Shown: one piece after another, positions 1-14,324 of the stretch | How positions within the stretch are numbered: the stretch's first letter is position 1 | Layout of the letters: each line of letters opens with the position of its first letter | Assembly: GCA_030704615.1 (NCBI GenBank) | Contig: CM060731.1 | Span: 17,918,001-17,982,000 of the forward strand | DNA: 64,000 nucleotides | Source of the DNA: Takakia lepidozioides | Taxonomy: Eukaryota; Plantae; Bryophyta | Direction of reading: 5' to 3' | Translations under genes and position numbers: made by a program | Notes under the pieces: generated by a model | What the model was told of the DNA's origin: nothing | What the model saw: only the letters and a program-made list of their open reading frames with translations | The model's database searches: none

Positions 1-1104
1 AAGACAAGATTGTCCCAACGAGGAGCCAGTTCCAGTTGTAGCATGAGCATTCAATTCTTCTTGGATCTAATAAATTGTAACGTAATGTCACGAGTTAATT
101 ATCTACTTAAGTCTTCCACTTGCACTCTTTATGAACCCTTTTGCTCTACTAAAAAGGCAGCTGTGCTGATTACTCCAGAGTAAAAAGCTGCTGTAGGATT
201 TCCCAATGGATACTAAAAGCATTCATCTAAAAATCGCTCCAAAAGTTCTTCGCAAACAAAGAAACAAGCAATTCCGTGGGATTGGAAGGCACCAGGGGAG
301 AGAGAAAGATCGGTCACCTCCCCGAAAATCGCTTCGCCAGCCATCCCCCAGGAAGCTGACTGAGAGCATAACCCCAGAAGAAGGACGACTGGACCAGGCC
401 CGCTGTTGATGAATTCCACCCCAGCTGATGGGAAATAGGTATGATGGCCACGCTCATGTTCACCTGTCCCTCGGACATGCCCCAATACTCTGTCATAACT
501 GGTGGTTCGTCTCTCTGCTGCTGGGAGCCATGTTTTGGTCCAGGAAGCACACCAGGAATAAACTCGTAACCATAATGCGACACGATATCATGCAAAAGAA
601 AACAGGGAGAGGATTTGAGAGAGTTGAAGGGACCTTATCCATGTTGCAAATTACGAATGCAAGAGACGTGGTCACAATCAGCTTGTATCTTTGAGGGAGA
701 CGGTTCCAAAATCCTTGAGGAACAACTTCCAAATTACTTGTTGTGGAGTCAGGTTTATAGTCCGAGTTCTCATCTTCCTCTTCGTCCTTTACGAATGTCT
801 CCTTGAAAGGTACCTTTGGCCGAGACGCAAAGGCTTTGCCTGCTTGGTGGCGAAGGGTCTGAGATACAAATATAGAAGATAACGACGAAGAGTACCTTTG
901 TCTCAAGGTTGAGTTTATATCTCTCCAGATCCCACCTTCGCCATTGTGTACATCATGGTATACTACCTGCCTTGACAAACGTCTCTGTGATTGTGAGCTA
1001 TTTTGTACCCTAACTTTCGAACCGAGGAATCTGATGGTTTGAGCTCCAATTTGAATCACAGTGCAGGAATGCAGAGTAACGGGATTCACACGTATGCCTT
1101 CCAT
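1..1104 (-). CDS. PHT4/ANTR-family (MFS) plastid anion/phosphate transporter, most like PHT4;5; 5' exons only, gene runs off the window start
   Basis: Exons ~634-1104 (…RLPQRYKLIVTTSLAFVICNMDK|GT) and ~318-463 (AG|VNMSVAIIPISHQLGWNSSTAGLVQSSFFWGYALSQLPGGWLAKRFSGR) match the PHT4 N-terminal helices. The N-terminus is transit-peptide-like. The start codon is uncertain. Confidence 0.85.
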
Positions 1105-3014
1105 GCTGCGCTTCCAGCGATGAGAGAAAGCCAAGGCAGAGCACCTGCGTATAATGCACAGATTGATTTAACTCCAGGAAAAGGAGAGGTTGGAAGCAAT
1201 TTCCAGTTCCAGTCTTGAAGCAATTCTCGTCTTTTGAACGAATACAGGCCAACGATTAAGCACAGATGGACCTTGACCCTCTTAAAATTCGATTCCAAGT
1301 CTGCGGCTCTCAAACCATAACTTATGACTATGTGGCGGAGTGTCAGGGGCTCAAGTTTTCCACAATCGCACACGGTGTAAGAATCCTGTCCGATACACAA
1401 TCCCACCAAACCCGAGTGTCTATTCTCCCCCTAGAACTCTGAATTTGGATGACTAACAGCAGATCAAGGACACCGAAAACGTTGGATACTCTCAGTGGTT
1501 CGCATTGAAACCTAGAATATCGTTTTGTCAAAGCCTAGTGCAATCTTTTAGCGGATACGTGTGCTGAGTCTCTATGAGCGGCTGAATCCAACAAGAAAAC
1601 ATTTATCCACATCCCGGTAAAGCAGTTGACCATATCGCACAGGTTGACCTCGGGGGTATATACTAAACTCCCCCGACCCCCGTGTGACCACGTTTCACAG
1701 TTTGATCTGTGCTGGTCCGAGCTGCGTGCCTCAATGTTGGCGGCAGCCTTATCGGGGGCGAACTTTAGGGCTGGGTCATGGCAGCCAGCTGCTGATGAGA
1801 GACACGGATGGATAACTCTCATACGGGTCGGTATGAGAGTGCTTGTTTGTTCTACAAAATGGTGAAGGCAAACAGCATCTGCTCGAGTGTGGATGCCTTC
1901 CGATCTCCAGCCGACGACTGTTTGGTCTGGGGATGAACACGTTATTCAAAGGATCGCAGCTATACGGATCTTTCAACTTTTGAGAGCAAGGAGAGACCTC
2001 ACAGGAAGAAAACAAGAGCACGTATACAGACATCTTTACATATAGACCAGCAACAAAAGTATTAGTTACAATACTGAGGATGGAAGGAGGGAAACCACTG
2101 AATTAAGGATGTAGCCGGTGCATCCCTCGTGAGGAGCTCTGAACCACTAAGACAGATGTTGAAATGGAGGTAAGCATGATGTGTATTGGTTAATGATAGA
2201 CAGAAGCACATATCTGTACAAGAGATCTAAATAAGACTGGTGCTAGAAGGCTGTCAGGGAACATATTGGGGGAGGGTGACAGTTATGTGCCTGGACTCAT
2301 ATAGCACATTTCATGACTCTTACTGTTGATGACGAAAGTGCATACACCCTTTGCAACTAGACTAAATTACAGACAGAAAGTGTGATGAACAAGATGTACC
2401 CATGCATGGCCAATGCTGCTCCAGCCCGACTGCTTTGATACTCGACGGACCAGATAATAGGGCATCTAAATTACTTTCACTGGGGAAACACCTACTCATG
2501 GTAGGACAACCCATTAACTGTCAGTTTAAGCAACTGGAGGTACACCTAATAATAAGAATGGAAGTGCAGAGGAGACTTCTGACTTACAATTGATCAGTAC
2601 TGAAGAAAAGGGCACATACACAGTAGAAAATTGAACAACAGTTTTAGAGCTACATACATCCGACAGCAAGCATAGTGCTTTCATGGCTCTTGCAACAAGA
2701 GTCGACATTTGTCAGTAAGGAACAAATCAAGCCCCACCAATTAGGGGTAAAAAATGGTTTTGTGAGTTTGTGAAGTATATACACCCAGTAACACCCTCAA
2801 CTAACCACATCAAGCTTTATCGCTGGAGCTATTCCCTAATCAACAACATGCATGAATCCCATGCCCCAAGAGGGCTTGCCTTGGGAGTGGTAAGTGTCTA
2901 GGCTGTCTGAATGAAAATTTCAGTAATACCTTGCCTCAGACTACAAACAGAACTTCTATTTACATAGTTACTGTGGGTTTTTCTTCTATTCCTCCAGTCA
3001 CATCACCTTCCAAT

Positions 3015-4251
3015 CTAAGGTGAGAGGAATTTACACGGGTGATCGGACACCTTGCAAGGTCCTCGTAGAAGCTCAGAGCATTCACCAATCTTCTGAGCGC
3101 ACAACTTCTGTGTGGTTTCCTCCAGCGCTTTGCAGAAGTTGAGGGCATCCGTGTCATTTCGGTGCTGAGAGTACTCTAAAAAGAACTCTTTGTTCTCCTT
3201 TTCCAGCTCTTTCCATACTGCACAGCAGCAACAATTGATGGTAGTTTCTCAGATGAATGCTTCAAGGCAAGCCAGCTGTAATAATATGTGGCGGTCTTTA
3301 ATAAGGCTAAATGTCCAGCCAATGTAAACAAGATGCAAGAAAACTGTCAATGACCCTCTGCTCAATCTTGAAGCTATTCCTTATAACTCATCAGCATCTC
3401 TTGTTAGCTAGAGGGAAATTATGTCCCTTGCTCATTGTTTGTCACATATGCCTATGAAAAGAGCACCAGATCTAGAGTGTAAGGATACGACACAGGCAGG
3501 CGAAAAAGGATGCAAATGCACACATACCAGTTAAAGTGATGACAGGCTTCACGTTGGCATACTTGGCAAGGGTCTTCACACAGTCATCACGGTCCATGTG
3601 CAGCAGTAGACATCTCTCTATCAAGTGCTGCACCTGCACAGCACCCATTCATTTTGGTCAGAAAAAGGTTGAAACCTCCACCACTTCACCTCTCAACGAG
3701 CTCATGCTGCTTCATGTCAAAGAATGTGATGAAACCCAAACCTTCTCACTAGAGTCTTGACAAGTACTACAGACAGCAGCTCTGTGCACAATCTTGTCTG
3801 TGAATACCACCTTCCTTTCTCACCGACAGAACACACCTGCAACTACAGATTCATTTGTAACTAATCTGGCGGTAAAAATCATCCCTCTCAATCTCCAAGA
3901 AATTATGACTCCACAAAGTCTTCCAACACTACCCTGTAAAAGGTGCCAGATGAATGGCAATGAGACCGAACAAGTCTGTATGTAGCCAATCACTGCGATC
4001 AGGTATACAAAGCACACTGCACAAAGCCCAAACCCAACAAATTCACAGTGGGACTAACATTCCCCTTGGAGCACGCTCCCCTCTCAAGCACGATCCTCAA
4101 GAGTTGCGCAGTTAAGCTGCACAAGATACCCTGAGGGCGTAGGATTTTGATGAATAGACAAGAAGGAAATATCTACTACCATGAGGATGTACGAATACGA
4201 GACATCGCCTCTCTCTTTAGAGGAAGAGTGCGTTGGCGTTGGAGCCCTCAT
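3015..4251 (-). CDS. Plant-specific TIGR01589 (A_thal_3526) family small protein, 3 exons (4180-4251, 3528-3633, 3015-3217)
   Basis: Spliced by hand through GT-AG sites with compatible phases: MRAPTPTHSSSKERGDVSYSYILM|VQHLIERCLLLHMDRDDCVKTLAKYANVKPVITLTV|WKELEKENKEFFLEY…; this is the family signature. Absent from the ORF track. Confidence 0.88.
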
Positions 4252-4916
4252 TGTGTTCTCTTCCAGCTTGAACTCACTTTCAGAAGCGACAACAATGTGC
4301 GAAATACTTCCAAGCAGCTGCGATCCACACTAGCTCGTATCTGATAGCCGCTTGCTGAGGATTCCGGTGGAAAGGGCCTGACAGGATAGATGAACAATAG
4401 AAATCACCGGTAAATAGAGATCCGCCAAATGATGCCCCGCGTGCTCAGCAAAGGTGTGGGAAAACCTCCAACCAGCTCAGACTCAGACTCCAGAGCTCGA
4501 TCAGATGCCCGCCTTGACCCAACAGACTCAAAGAATGCGGCTTCAACTTTGCTCAAAAGCTTGTACCCATTAAATCACCCCCACAGAGAACGCCGCCAAA
4601 CGATATTTTGAATCCTCAAGAGAACCCAAAAACCAAAATCTGAGCGTCACAGATGCAGGAGACGACGACACTGCATGGACGGCAGAGCAAGCTGGAGATT
4701 CAGTGAGCGAAAAAGCCAAAAGTATGTCCAAGCAGGCAGCAAAAGAGCAGATTACCGAAAGCACAGACCTAATCCGTGGGCCACAAGGCGTGGAAGAGAA
4801 GCAGACACGAAGAGAGAGGCGGGCAGGAGAAGCTACATACTCTGCATCGCTGCCGCGCCCTCGCTGTTCATACTCTCTAGACTTGTTTCTGCCGTCCTCT
4901 AGATTCTCTGCCTTAA

Positions 4917-5022
4917 CACGTGTCCCCAACACGTGCGAGATTCCGGGTCTCCTGGGTTGCCCCTAACCCCGCAACCGCGGTCCCTGTCAGCGGTCTCTCT
5001 CATGCATACGGCATGACATGCA
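4917..5022. promoter_or_regulatory. Paired G-box/ABRE (CACGTG x2) plus RY motifs (CATGCA x2) upstream of the TIGR01589 gene
   Basis: CACGTG at 4917-4922 (within ACGTGTC) and 4930-4935; CATGCA at 5001-5006 and 5017-5022. Confidence 0.4.
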
Positions 5023-5339
5023 TACATACGTATGTCATTCATGACATCACCGTCTCACATCCACATCCGATATGGACATCCACATACATGGGTTATGCAT
5101 ACTCCTCTTTCCTTCCACCTCAAATTTTTTTTTTTCTGTATTTTGCGTAAGCATATTATGACTTAAGTTTATTATTTTTTAATAATTTTCTCTATGTTCT
5201 CCTCGGATTTTAACTTACATCCATCATATATATTAGTAAAATTTGAGGCCTCCGTCCCTCTTCTCTAAAATTTAAAAATTTAAAAACTAAAAACATTATT
5301 ATTCAAAGTTTATTATTTATTACTTTATTACTTTATTAT

Positions 5340-6540
5340 TTATTATTTTATTTTATTTTTTAGGAAGGCCGATGGAAGGGCCAGAATTGTATTAAAAAGG
5401 GTGAGGAAAAAATAACCTCGAGTACAACACTAGTAATCTCTGCTTCAAGGGAAAAACTCCATGAACTGGTCCCCATCCAAGTGATTGATGAAAACAGGAG
5501 GCCTAATCCAGTGCCTCAACTAGGGTAGGAGGATAACTGGGCATTACACTCCGAATTTTCATTGGTTTTTGTCTCACCCACTGGCAGGCTTACAGTTCAA
5601 TCTAGGAGAATGTACCTGGATGGATTAAGAAAAAAAACCTTTCTTTGCTTTACTCAGTCAGATTAGGGTACTCCTTCAGATGCCCCAAACTATCTTTTTG
5701 GTAGAAATGGCAACACAAATGGAGGGACAACATTCAGGGTCTGGGTGTCTGGAAGCAAATCTGGAAACACATCTGGAGAAAAGACAGATCTGCCAAAATG
5801 TTAGCCTTCCTCTTGAAAATAGCTCATAGAGTTCCGTCAGTCAAAAGGTCCATGGATGTCGACAACACTTTGTGCTCTGTATGTCAAACTGAACCTGGAT
5901 CCTTGGACTAGCATTGTTTGTTTCAATGCCAAGGTCCTCATCACATCTGGACAAAGGTGCTCAACTCCTTTGCCAATAGGTAAAGGCTGCCTTCCTCTCC
6001 TCCCCCCTCACTTCCTCTGCTGAATTACTGTGCAGATGCTGACTTCATTAACTGTCCTGTTTGGTCTTATCTGAGAGCTCACACTCTATGGAATCTGTGG
6101 AAGGCCAAGTCATGTGCTTGGGTTCATGAGGGACGGCCCCCCAGCATCAGGTCTGCATTGTTTAACATTAACTTTGACCTAATGATTGAGGGGAAAAAGG
6201 CTTGGGAGTCCGTCTGTGCAGCTCCTCCCCGAGCTTCGGATCAACGCAGGGGCCAGCTTCTCAAGGAATTCGACATCACAGCTTGGGGCAAGAGCAGTCT
6301 GCTCTGCTACCGCATTTCCAACACACATGTTCAATGGAAAGACACCATCCCCTCGCAAATGGCAAATCCCTAATGGAAGGGGAAGAAGGTGACTTCACTG
6401 GCGTCATAGGGCTAGAGATCAGAAATTTAAGTTGTAGCTTAAGTTTTGAGTACCCGGTATCCTTCACTGGTTCGTGGATTCTTGTGTCCTGAATGGCCTT
6501 AGTGCTGTAGGCCTTACTTAGTCTGCTCCAATCCTAGCCC
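5340..6540 (-). mobile_element. Possible degraded LINE remnant
   Basis: T-rich tract at ~5320-5361 would be an A-tail on the minus strand; minus-strand CWKCGSRADCSCP resembles a decayed zinc knuckle. Weak. Confidence 0.3.
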
Positions 6541-9500
6541 CCCAACCACATCCCCTTGCCCCCCATCATCTTCTCCTTTCTAGTATAGTTCGTGGTGTAT
6601 AGTTTGTGGTTATGGAGTAGCTTCCCCACCCTAACCCTCCACGGCCTTAGGGGTGGTTATTTTTTCCACCTGGACTTCCACATTTTGTATTTATCGGACG
6701 TTTTTGTCCAATATGACATAAAGTTTATCAAGGCCACCGTCCCTCCTTTGTTTAAAAAATAAAAATAAATAAGTTTTCAAAACAAAAAAACAAACCATAA
6801 GCGGGTATTGAGGGCTGGTGCGTTTATAGGTACATTTGCACCAATTCGATAAACTACCTGTCTATTCATACATTTATAAATATTGAATACACTTCAAATA
6901 ATCACTTGCAAACCAGAACATATTAAATACTTAAAGAATAATTTAATATTTTATTTTTTTGTGGTTCACCAACAAACGACCATATATAAACTCTAACTCA
7001 ACCAGGGTTTCGCGAGGCAAAACCTTAAGTAGTATAGCCAACAACCTTAAACCTATAGCAGCGGGGGTGGCAAATTTCGGATTGAGAAACATTTGGAGAT
7101 ATAGCCAGAAACCTAAAGAGCGGTGGTTTTCACATGGAGAAACCCTTAAGGTACGTTCACACTTGTGGATATGTTCGCCGGTAGCGCCGTGAATAGCTAC
7201 CTTCGATCACACCACAACCCCCATCGCGGTTAGTAGGTGACGTGGCATGCCCCTATTAACACTCCTATCACCGGTGGTAGCGCCTGTTGTTACGTTATCA
7301 ATATGGTTCATACAATCATTCTCTTCCATAGATTTGCGATGCTATCACCGCTGGTAAACTATCAGCTCAAATTCACAGCGAGTAAAGTACCAAACTCCCG
7401 CGTGCGCCTTCAGCTTGCACCGCTCTGCTAGCTTGCATGCAAGAATCTCTATGACATCGCTACAACGGGAGACCGCAACAACATTAGAATGGAGGATAGA
7501 AGCACCACCGAACCTCCAAGCGCCTCTGCGGGAGGAGGAAAAGGCACCGTTCCAGCAGGAAGAGGAAGGCGTTCGTATGGCGTTCGTTTGCGCTTCATAA
7601 CAAGATAGTAGATAATCATGTGTTTGTAATAGAACCTGGATAAAATGTGCTAGCATTACGATCTTGAGCGGCCTCATCTTTGCGAAATTTGCTCAAACAG
7701 ACTCTCAACTGCTCAAATGGATTCCACCGATTGTGATTGATTGCTCAAATGGATGCCACCGAATGGCCGATTGCTCAAGCAATTTGCAGCAAAAGACAAT
7801 TCAAATCAAAGATGAAAATCAAGAGATCTCAAAGCTCCAAGGAAAATTGCTAAATCACTATGATCATGACTGTGCTCGGCATTTCTTGATCGGTTGTCGT
7901 CAACAGCCTTCATCCTGTCGTCGCTATTTTCCGCCACAGCACCATGAACAGAGGGTAGGAACATGGATAAGTACATATGTGATAGGGTATCAATGTGCCT
8001 TGGTATGAACAGAAGTAGCGGTAGATAAGTAGTGTCAATTTTTTTTGGTTGAAACCCTAATCCGTGATGGTAACGCTACACAAAAATCCCGACACCCAAC
8101 AATCCCACATCCAAAATTAGACCAATATGAGTAGTCTTAGTTGCATAATATACATGTTCTGATATTCATAGGCTTTATAGGATTTAGGATAATGTTCCGA
8201 CATATTCTATGGCATATTCAATGGAAATCTCTCCGGGTGTAGTTATATTTTCCCATTCTTTTGCTCCTCTCTGATATTGATCCATTATGGACTGTTTTTC
8301 CTTGAGAAAGTATATCTCAAAAAATAGTTTTAGGGTCAGAGTTTCGTCCCGCGAAATTATGCACGGGTGAGGTGAGGACCTTAATGCGACCTAAAGTCTC
8401 ACCGCCCACTCTCGTGCCTACTAAACAAAGGATTTGGTATCGTGTGAGCACAACATAAAGAAAATCCACGCCTACAGGGTAACATATTTATCAGGTATAG
8501 GGGTTACTTATTCATTATGTGATGTAACTAGTGAACCGCTGGAAATAGTTTTGCAGGTTTATGAGTTTCGCAAATTATTGTTTCGCTGTAGAATATTCTT
8601 TGGGTATCGGGGGAATTTGCAGAATATGCCCTCGTGCTCACGTGAGCATGCTCGCGCCGGGGTGAGCATTACCCAACCTCCGGTTTTTGGGCGCGCGTAT
8701 GGCAGCCATACTTGAGGTTTGTTCGCTTGATAGAGGCATTTCCTTCAGTGTGCGCCTCGTATCTCCAATCCTATGAGTTGGCTACTATACCCCAAGCAAC
8801 CCTGCGATGGAACCCAGACCCCATGTTCATGATGGGAATATTTCGGCCTTCCCTCAAGACACGCTGCACACAATCTGGATCCCTCTTCAAGTTGGCCCCT
8901 CGCTTCTGTTCTTATTGCCTTCTTTTGACAACGACTTTTTGTTGCTTTGCGGCGGGCTCAAGCCATATCTATTTTGCGTCGAGCAGAGGTGGCTGGTACG
9001 GGTTCATCCGCCCTCCCACCCATTTTTTAACATCATGGGTTTCCACTTTCTGATTTGCAAAGGAACGGCCTGGATATCATATCACAGTGAAATCATATCA
9101 ATTTTATATCTTTACTATAATTCATGAAACAAATTACATCTTATTTCTTTTTTATTTACTAATCGATGAAAATTATTCACATTCTTTCCTGATCATTCTA
9201 TCCTTGCGAACTAGCTAAACTGTCCATTTAAGGTTCGTCTACCTTATTTTTGGTTGTGCACTTGAGATTTTGCTTTTTGTCAAGAACTCGAATCATTTCT
9301 TTCTCATGTTGTGCAGTAGGCTTTGTAAATTCACTGGACGTTAAAGAAACTTTGTCATGTTTGAGATGTTTTGCTGTCATGTATAATCAAGAATGTATTT
9401 TGGTTTTTAATAAAATTACACAAATGGGGAACCGATCCTTTTTTTTTTCAATTTTTTCTTAATTCTTTCTTTTAAATATAATAAGTAATATTAAAATCTT

Positions 9501-10079
9501 CTAGGTAGGTATCATTTCATCTAATGGGTGGTCCAAGCATTCACCCGCACCGTTCTGGTAGTTGCCAAGTGTGGAGCCCATATGCAAATCCATTCAAACA
9601 GAACGAATGATTGGAGCGCCGTATGCCTGAGTCATATTTGTAATCGCGACTAAGCTTCTAAAGGCCGTTACACTACGAAACGACATTCACGACCACAATT
9701 AAATAAAAAATGCTCAAAGTACTACTACAATGGCCGACTTGCCATCCATTTCCTTTTCAAGCCTAGTCATACTGTCACCTACATCCAATACCCCATTCTA
9801 CTCTCCATACATACAATACCCCATTCCTTAACATGCTTGTGATTGGAAGGACCCCAAGGAGGAATATTTGGAACTTAGCTTTGCTGCATGTTTCCCAGCA
9901 AAGGCAACCCTGCAACGTGGCCAACATGTCCTTCACAACACTATCCTTGTACCTCAAGCCTGGATCCACAATGTACTAGAGCTGATGTGGAGCTGCTGAC
10001 GAGGACCTGGGAGAGATGACAAGGATATGGGAGAGTTGAAAATAAGATGGGAGAGTTGACAAGGGAGAGAGAGAAAGAA

Positions 10080-13000
10080 TCGATAAGTACGATGAGCGGC
10101 GTCGCCACCAGACCTCGGCAAGGCCTGCAGCGCTGCCAACTTAGTGGAGGTGTTGGCAGTAGCGACAGCGGTAGCAGCGCTAAGCGAGCAAGCGGCCGTT
10201 GTGCAACAGTGGGCCCCACGCCGGTCAGGCGGCCTCGATCAGCTCGTCCCCCAGCTCGTTCAGCCCCGACGCCGTACATGCAGCCAACTCCAGCCCTCAC
10301 CACAACCCCTTTACTGCCTATTCCACCATCCCTGGCAGTTCGCTCCCTAGAGCAACGAGAGGTGCTGAACACAGCCGCAACTGCTCCTATTGGAAGACCC
10401 CAACGCCAACGTATCCCTACCCCTAGCTCACATGTTCCTGATGCGCACCAGAGTCCAAGCTCTAGACACCAAGTTCAAGAAGAGTCGTCATCTTCACAAC
10501 GGTCTTCTCCACCGCTGATTCCAGGTTCTTCCATTGGCGCCCCACCGACCGAAGAACTCCCACAGTGTCTGTTGAGTCCTCCCCCACTGCGCCTCTCAGG
10601 TAGGGTTCGAGGTTCCACGCCAGTCATTTCTCCTCCAGGTTCTCCATCCCATTCTCGGCAGCGGCTTCAAGGCAGCCCAACTCCTCTTGGTAATGAGCCT
10701 CTCCACGTGCCTTCTTCTCCAGTTGTGCAGCCTGCATTGCCGACCCCATCACTCTTACCCCAACAGCAGGCGCCTCTCCCATCAGACCGTACCCCGTGCC
10801 CAGCTTGCGGTCGTCTTTTCGCGCGCATCAGAGGGCTTGCGCGACACCAGCGCACGTGTGCGGCTCTTCATCAGTTAGCCCAGTGTCTTGCACGCGCCAC
10901 CTCCTGCCTCTACTTGGCATTGGCTTTCAGCGCTAGATGTTCTGGGCGCATTTCAGCTAGGACTGCCAAGGCCTCGTCTTTATACAAGAATTCCGGTGGC
11001 ACTACGTCATGAGGTCCAACTGGCACTCCGTCTACCCTTAGACAGGCTGGCTCGTGATCCTGATGATATACCAACATGATATCTTTTCTTGTTATTTCCT
11101 CAGTGGTGTTTGGTTTTGCCCCCTCGTGGCGGTCAGTCAGGGCACAGAGAGACGCGCATCCGTCTTCGCCGTTTTTTATCTGGAGATTGGGAGAGTCTGC
11201 AAGATGAGCATCAATTACGGGCACTAGCCCTTGCGGCACACGCCCCTCCCACTTCCTCCACGCAGCCACCCTCATCGGCCCACAGGCGACTTCGTCATAG
11301 TCTCATGTTAGGCCATGTTGGCAAGTACTCACGCGCGGCCAAGGCTTTAGCACCTTCCTCACCAGCGCCTCCATCACCGGATACTGTCACTGCCCTCGAA
11401 GCCCTTCACCCATCAGCTCAGGATATTCTGCCGCTTTTGTTGAGGACTTCGAGCCAGACCAGGATCTCAAGCTAGATCGGGAGGTCTTCACTCAGGCCTT
11501 CACGCGAAGTCCCCATCTTGTAGCGGCAGGTCCTTCCGGTCTTCTGTATGAGCACTTACGCACAAGACTCTGCTAGTGGCTTCTCTCAGCTATTTCAGAT
11601 TTGCTCCTTTATTGCTGCTGGCCGTATCCCTGCCCCAGTGGCCCGTCTCCTTGGGGCCTCCAGATTGTTGGCTAAGAGCAAACCCTCAAGGTACTGGCAT
11701 CCGCCCTATTGCAGTTGGAGAGGTTCTTTACCGCCTTGTCAGCCGCTCACTTTGTCTTTAGTTTCGAGATGCCTTCTCCGGACACCTCTTTCCGCACCAG
11801 TTCGGGGTCGCCACTCCAGGCGGTTGCGAGGTGGTGGTTCAGGGGATTCGTGCAGCTCTTGATCTTCATCCGGATTGGGTGGTTCTCCAGGTCGACGTCA
11901 CCAACGCTTTCAACACTATGTCATGAGCGGCTATCTTTTAGGAGCTCCGTTCAGCCGGAGGAGACTTCCACCAGCTCATTCCGTTTGTTCGATTATTCTA
12001 TGCATCCACCACTCCCCTATACTACAGTCATCATTCTCGCCTAGGTGAGTGCTCCATCATTCAGTTCAAGGTTGGCACCCGCCAAGGCGACCGTTTAGGA
12101 TGACCTTTGTTTGCCATGGCTCATGTCCGCGCCCTCACAGCTTCTACACAAGTTCACTCATCTTGTCTTTTTCCGTTGGTGACAGATGACACGCACATTG
12201 TAGGCCCTGCATCACAGGTACTTTCAGCTTACTATCATTTTGTCACCCAACTCTCTGCCGTGGGCCTTTCAATGCAACCTCGCAAATGTGTGGTGTGGTC
12301 TCCGTCCGGTCTCCCTGCAAATTTTGTCATCCTTGCTCACTTCATTGCTCCGCCCAATGACATCAGAATCATGGGAGTGCCTTTTGGCACCACCCAGTTC
12401 ACAACGTCCTTCTTGGAAGATGCACTCCACCAGGATGCCACCCACGCCGATCTCCTTCCTAGGCTCGGAGATGTACAGGTAGCATATGGAATCTTGACCA
12501 AATGTTTCCTTCAGCGTCCCTCATATCTCTTGCGCACTGTTCCACCCAGCCCAGATTTCCTACACCTCTTATCTGGGTTTGATACTACCATGATGACTAT
12601 CTTCGGGAGATTGTTAGGACCAGGAGCTCTGGAGGGTGCTCAGGGACTTTTGCCACGACAGCAAGCCACTTTGCCCGTCTCTTCTGGTGGTGTGGATCTT
12701 TTGTCCACTGTCACTACCGCCCCGTCAGCTTTCCTCGGCAGTTGGGCATTGGTGGCGCCAGCCCTCGCTTCACGATTTCTCTGTGACCATCGTCCCATCC
12801 TTATGGACGCCGTTGCACATGTCGACAGTGGCATTTTACCCTTCCAACAGCATCTCCGCTCTGCACGATATCTTCTTCCGGCACCGGCGCGAGCATGTCT
12901 ACCACCATTTGAGTAGTTGGTTGCTCAAGGCCTCGACCATCTTCAGGAGTCCATTTCCGAGCGTGTGCACCGTCATTCATTTTCCGGCATGCTCTCAAGT

Positions 13001-13985
13001 GCTTCTTCTGAGTTACACCGAGTTCGACTTCTATCATGCGCAGGACCCGGAGTAGGGGCATGGTTGACAGCACGACCCACTATCGCACATTTTCGCCTCT
13101 TATCCCCTATTTTCACTACTGCACTCCGCCTTCGACTCGGTTTGCCTCATCCTTCGGCATTGGGCCTTCAGCGCTGCGTCTGTCTTCAGCCCATCGATGA
13201 TCTTGCCATCCATCTCCTCCGCTGTCAATGTGGTGGTGAGCGCACTGCGTCTCATGATATGGTTCGCGATGCGGTGACATATATTGCTCGGGAGATATGG
13301 TATCATGTACTGCGTGAGCAACCACATCTACGACCCACGCTCACGTCCCACTCTACACGCCGCCGTGTTGACATCGTCCTATCTAGAGATGGTTTGCATA
13401 CCTTAGCAGATGTCGTTCTCGCCGACCCCACTCGAGCGGATCCGCTATCTCGCGCAGCTACCACACCAGGCACGACATCCACTGTAGCAGCCCAGGCCAA
13501 AGAGTGCGACTACAGCGATCGTCACCCCACCGACACATTTCTTCCACTGGCGGTCGAAATATTTGGCTCATTGCACCGGCACTTCGACGATTTCCTGCGG
13601 ACATATGCACATCATGCAGCCAAGAGCGGGTCCACTGGCATCCCACATGTCTCCGTCCTTGTATCGACAACGTGTTTCAGTTAGTCTGCAGAGAGCACAA
13701 GCCATCTCTATTTTGTATCGGGCTGATGTGGCTAGCTCCGCGTCATCTCGTCTTCCGCCTCACCTGACACTTTGCCAATCTCCTTGCCTGATCTCCTCCA
13801 GGCTGTTGGCTGGGAGGGTCGCTCTGCTTGAGTAGTTTACTATAGCTTCTGTTTTCGTCGCTGGTTGAGTAGCTTACTATAACTTTTTGTTTTCTTCTCT
13901 TGTTTCTTGTTCCTTTCCCCCCCCCTTTTTGGGAACTTCAGATCTTATGCACTTTCACCCATTGTACATGTTGTAAATAAAGTCT
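10080..13985 (+). mobile_element. Decayed non-LTR retrotransposon with C-terminal restriction-like endonuclease (CRE-clade-like); single ORF broken by stops and frameshifts
   Basis: Pro/Ser-rich N-terminus with zinc finger CPACGRLFARIRGLARHQRTC; RT motifs GIRPIAVGEVLYRLVSR, QFGVATPGGCE, DVTNAFN, GTRQGD, VTDD; Cys/His motif CVC…HLLRC…H; RLE-like RRVDIVL…ADV; T-rich 3' UTR with AATAAA at ~13975. Ends approximate, no TSD seen. Confidence 0.88.
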
Positions 13986-14324
13986 TAAAGAGTTTCATCA
14001 TGAAAGAAGGGAATGATAGAATATGTGAAAGAGGGCGTGATGTTAACAATGAGTAGACGGGGATGGTGGAGAGCATGTGATGAGAGTTTGATGGGGACAA
14101 CAGAGCGTGACAGAGGCCACAGGTTTTGGTGGGTGGGCCCCGGGGCTCACAGAATGTAACTCCAGGGATCATTTTAGAGGAGCGCCCAACTTTTTTTACT
14201 GCACCCACCAAGGATTCCATCGGTCTGCGGGCCAACCGTGCAGAGGAGGGAATCAAATCAGACAATCTCTCGCTACCCAGTTTTAGACTCTAGCAAGAAA
14301 TAGGCTCAGCTGAAATCCTTTTGG

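Noticed and set aside
6950-9130. Short ORFs and small repeats (ctcaaatggat.ccaccga x2 near 7710-7762) as a gene
   Set aside because: No recognisable domain or consistent splice structure; probably old transposon debris that I cannot classify.
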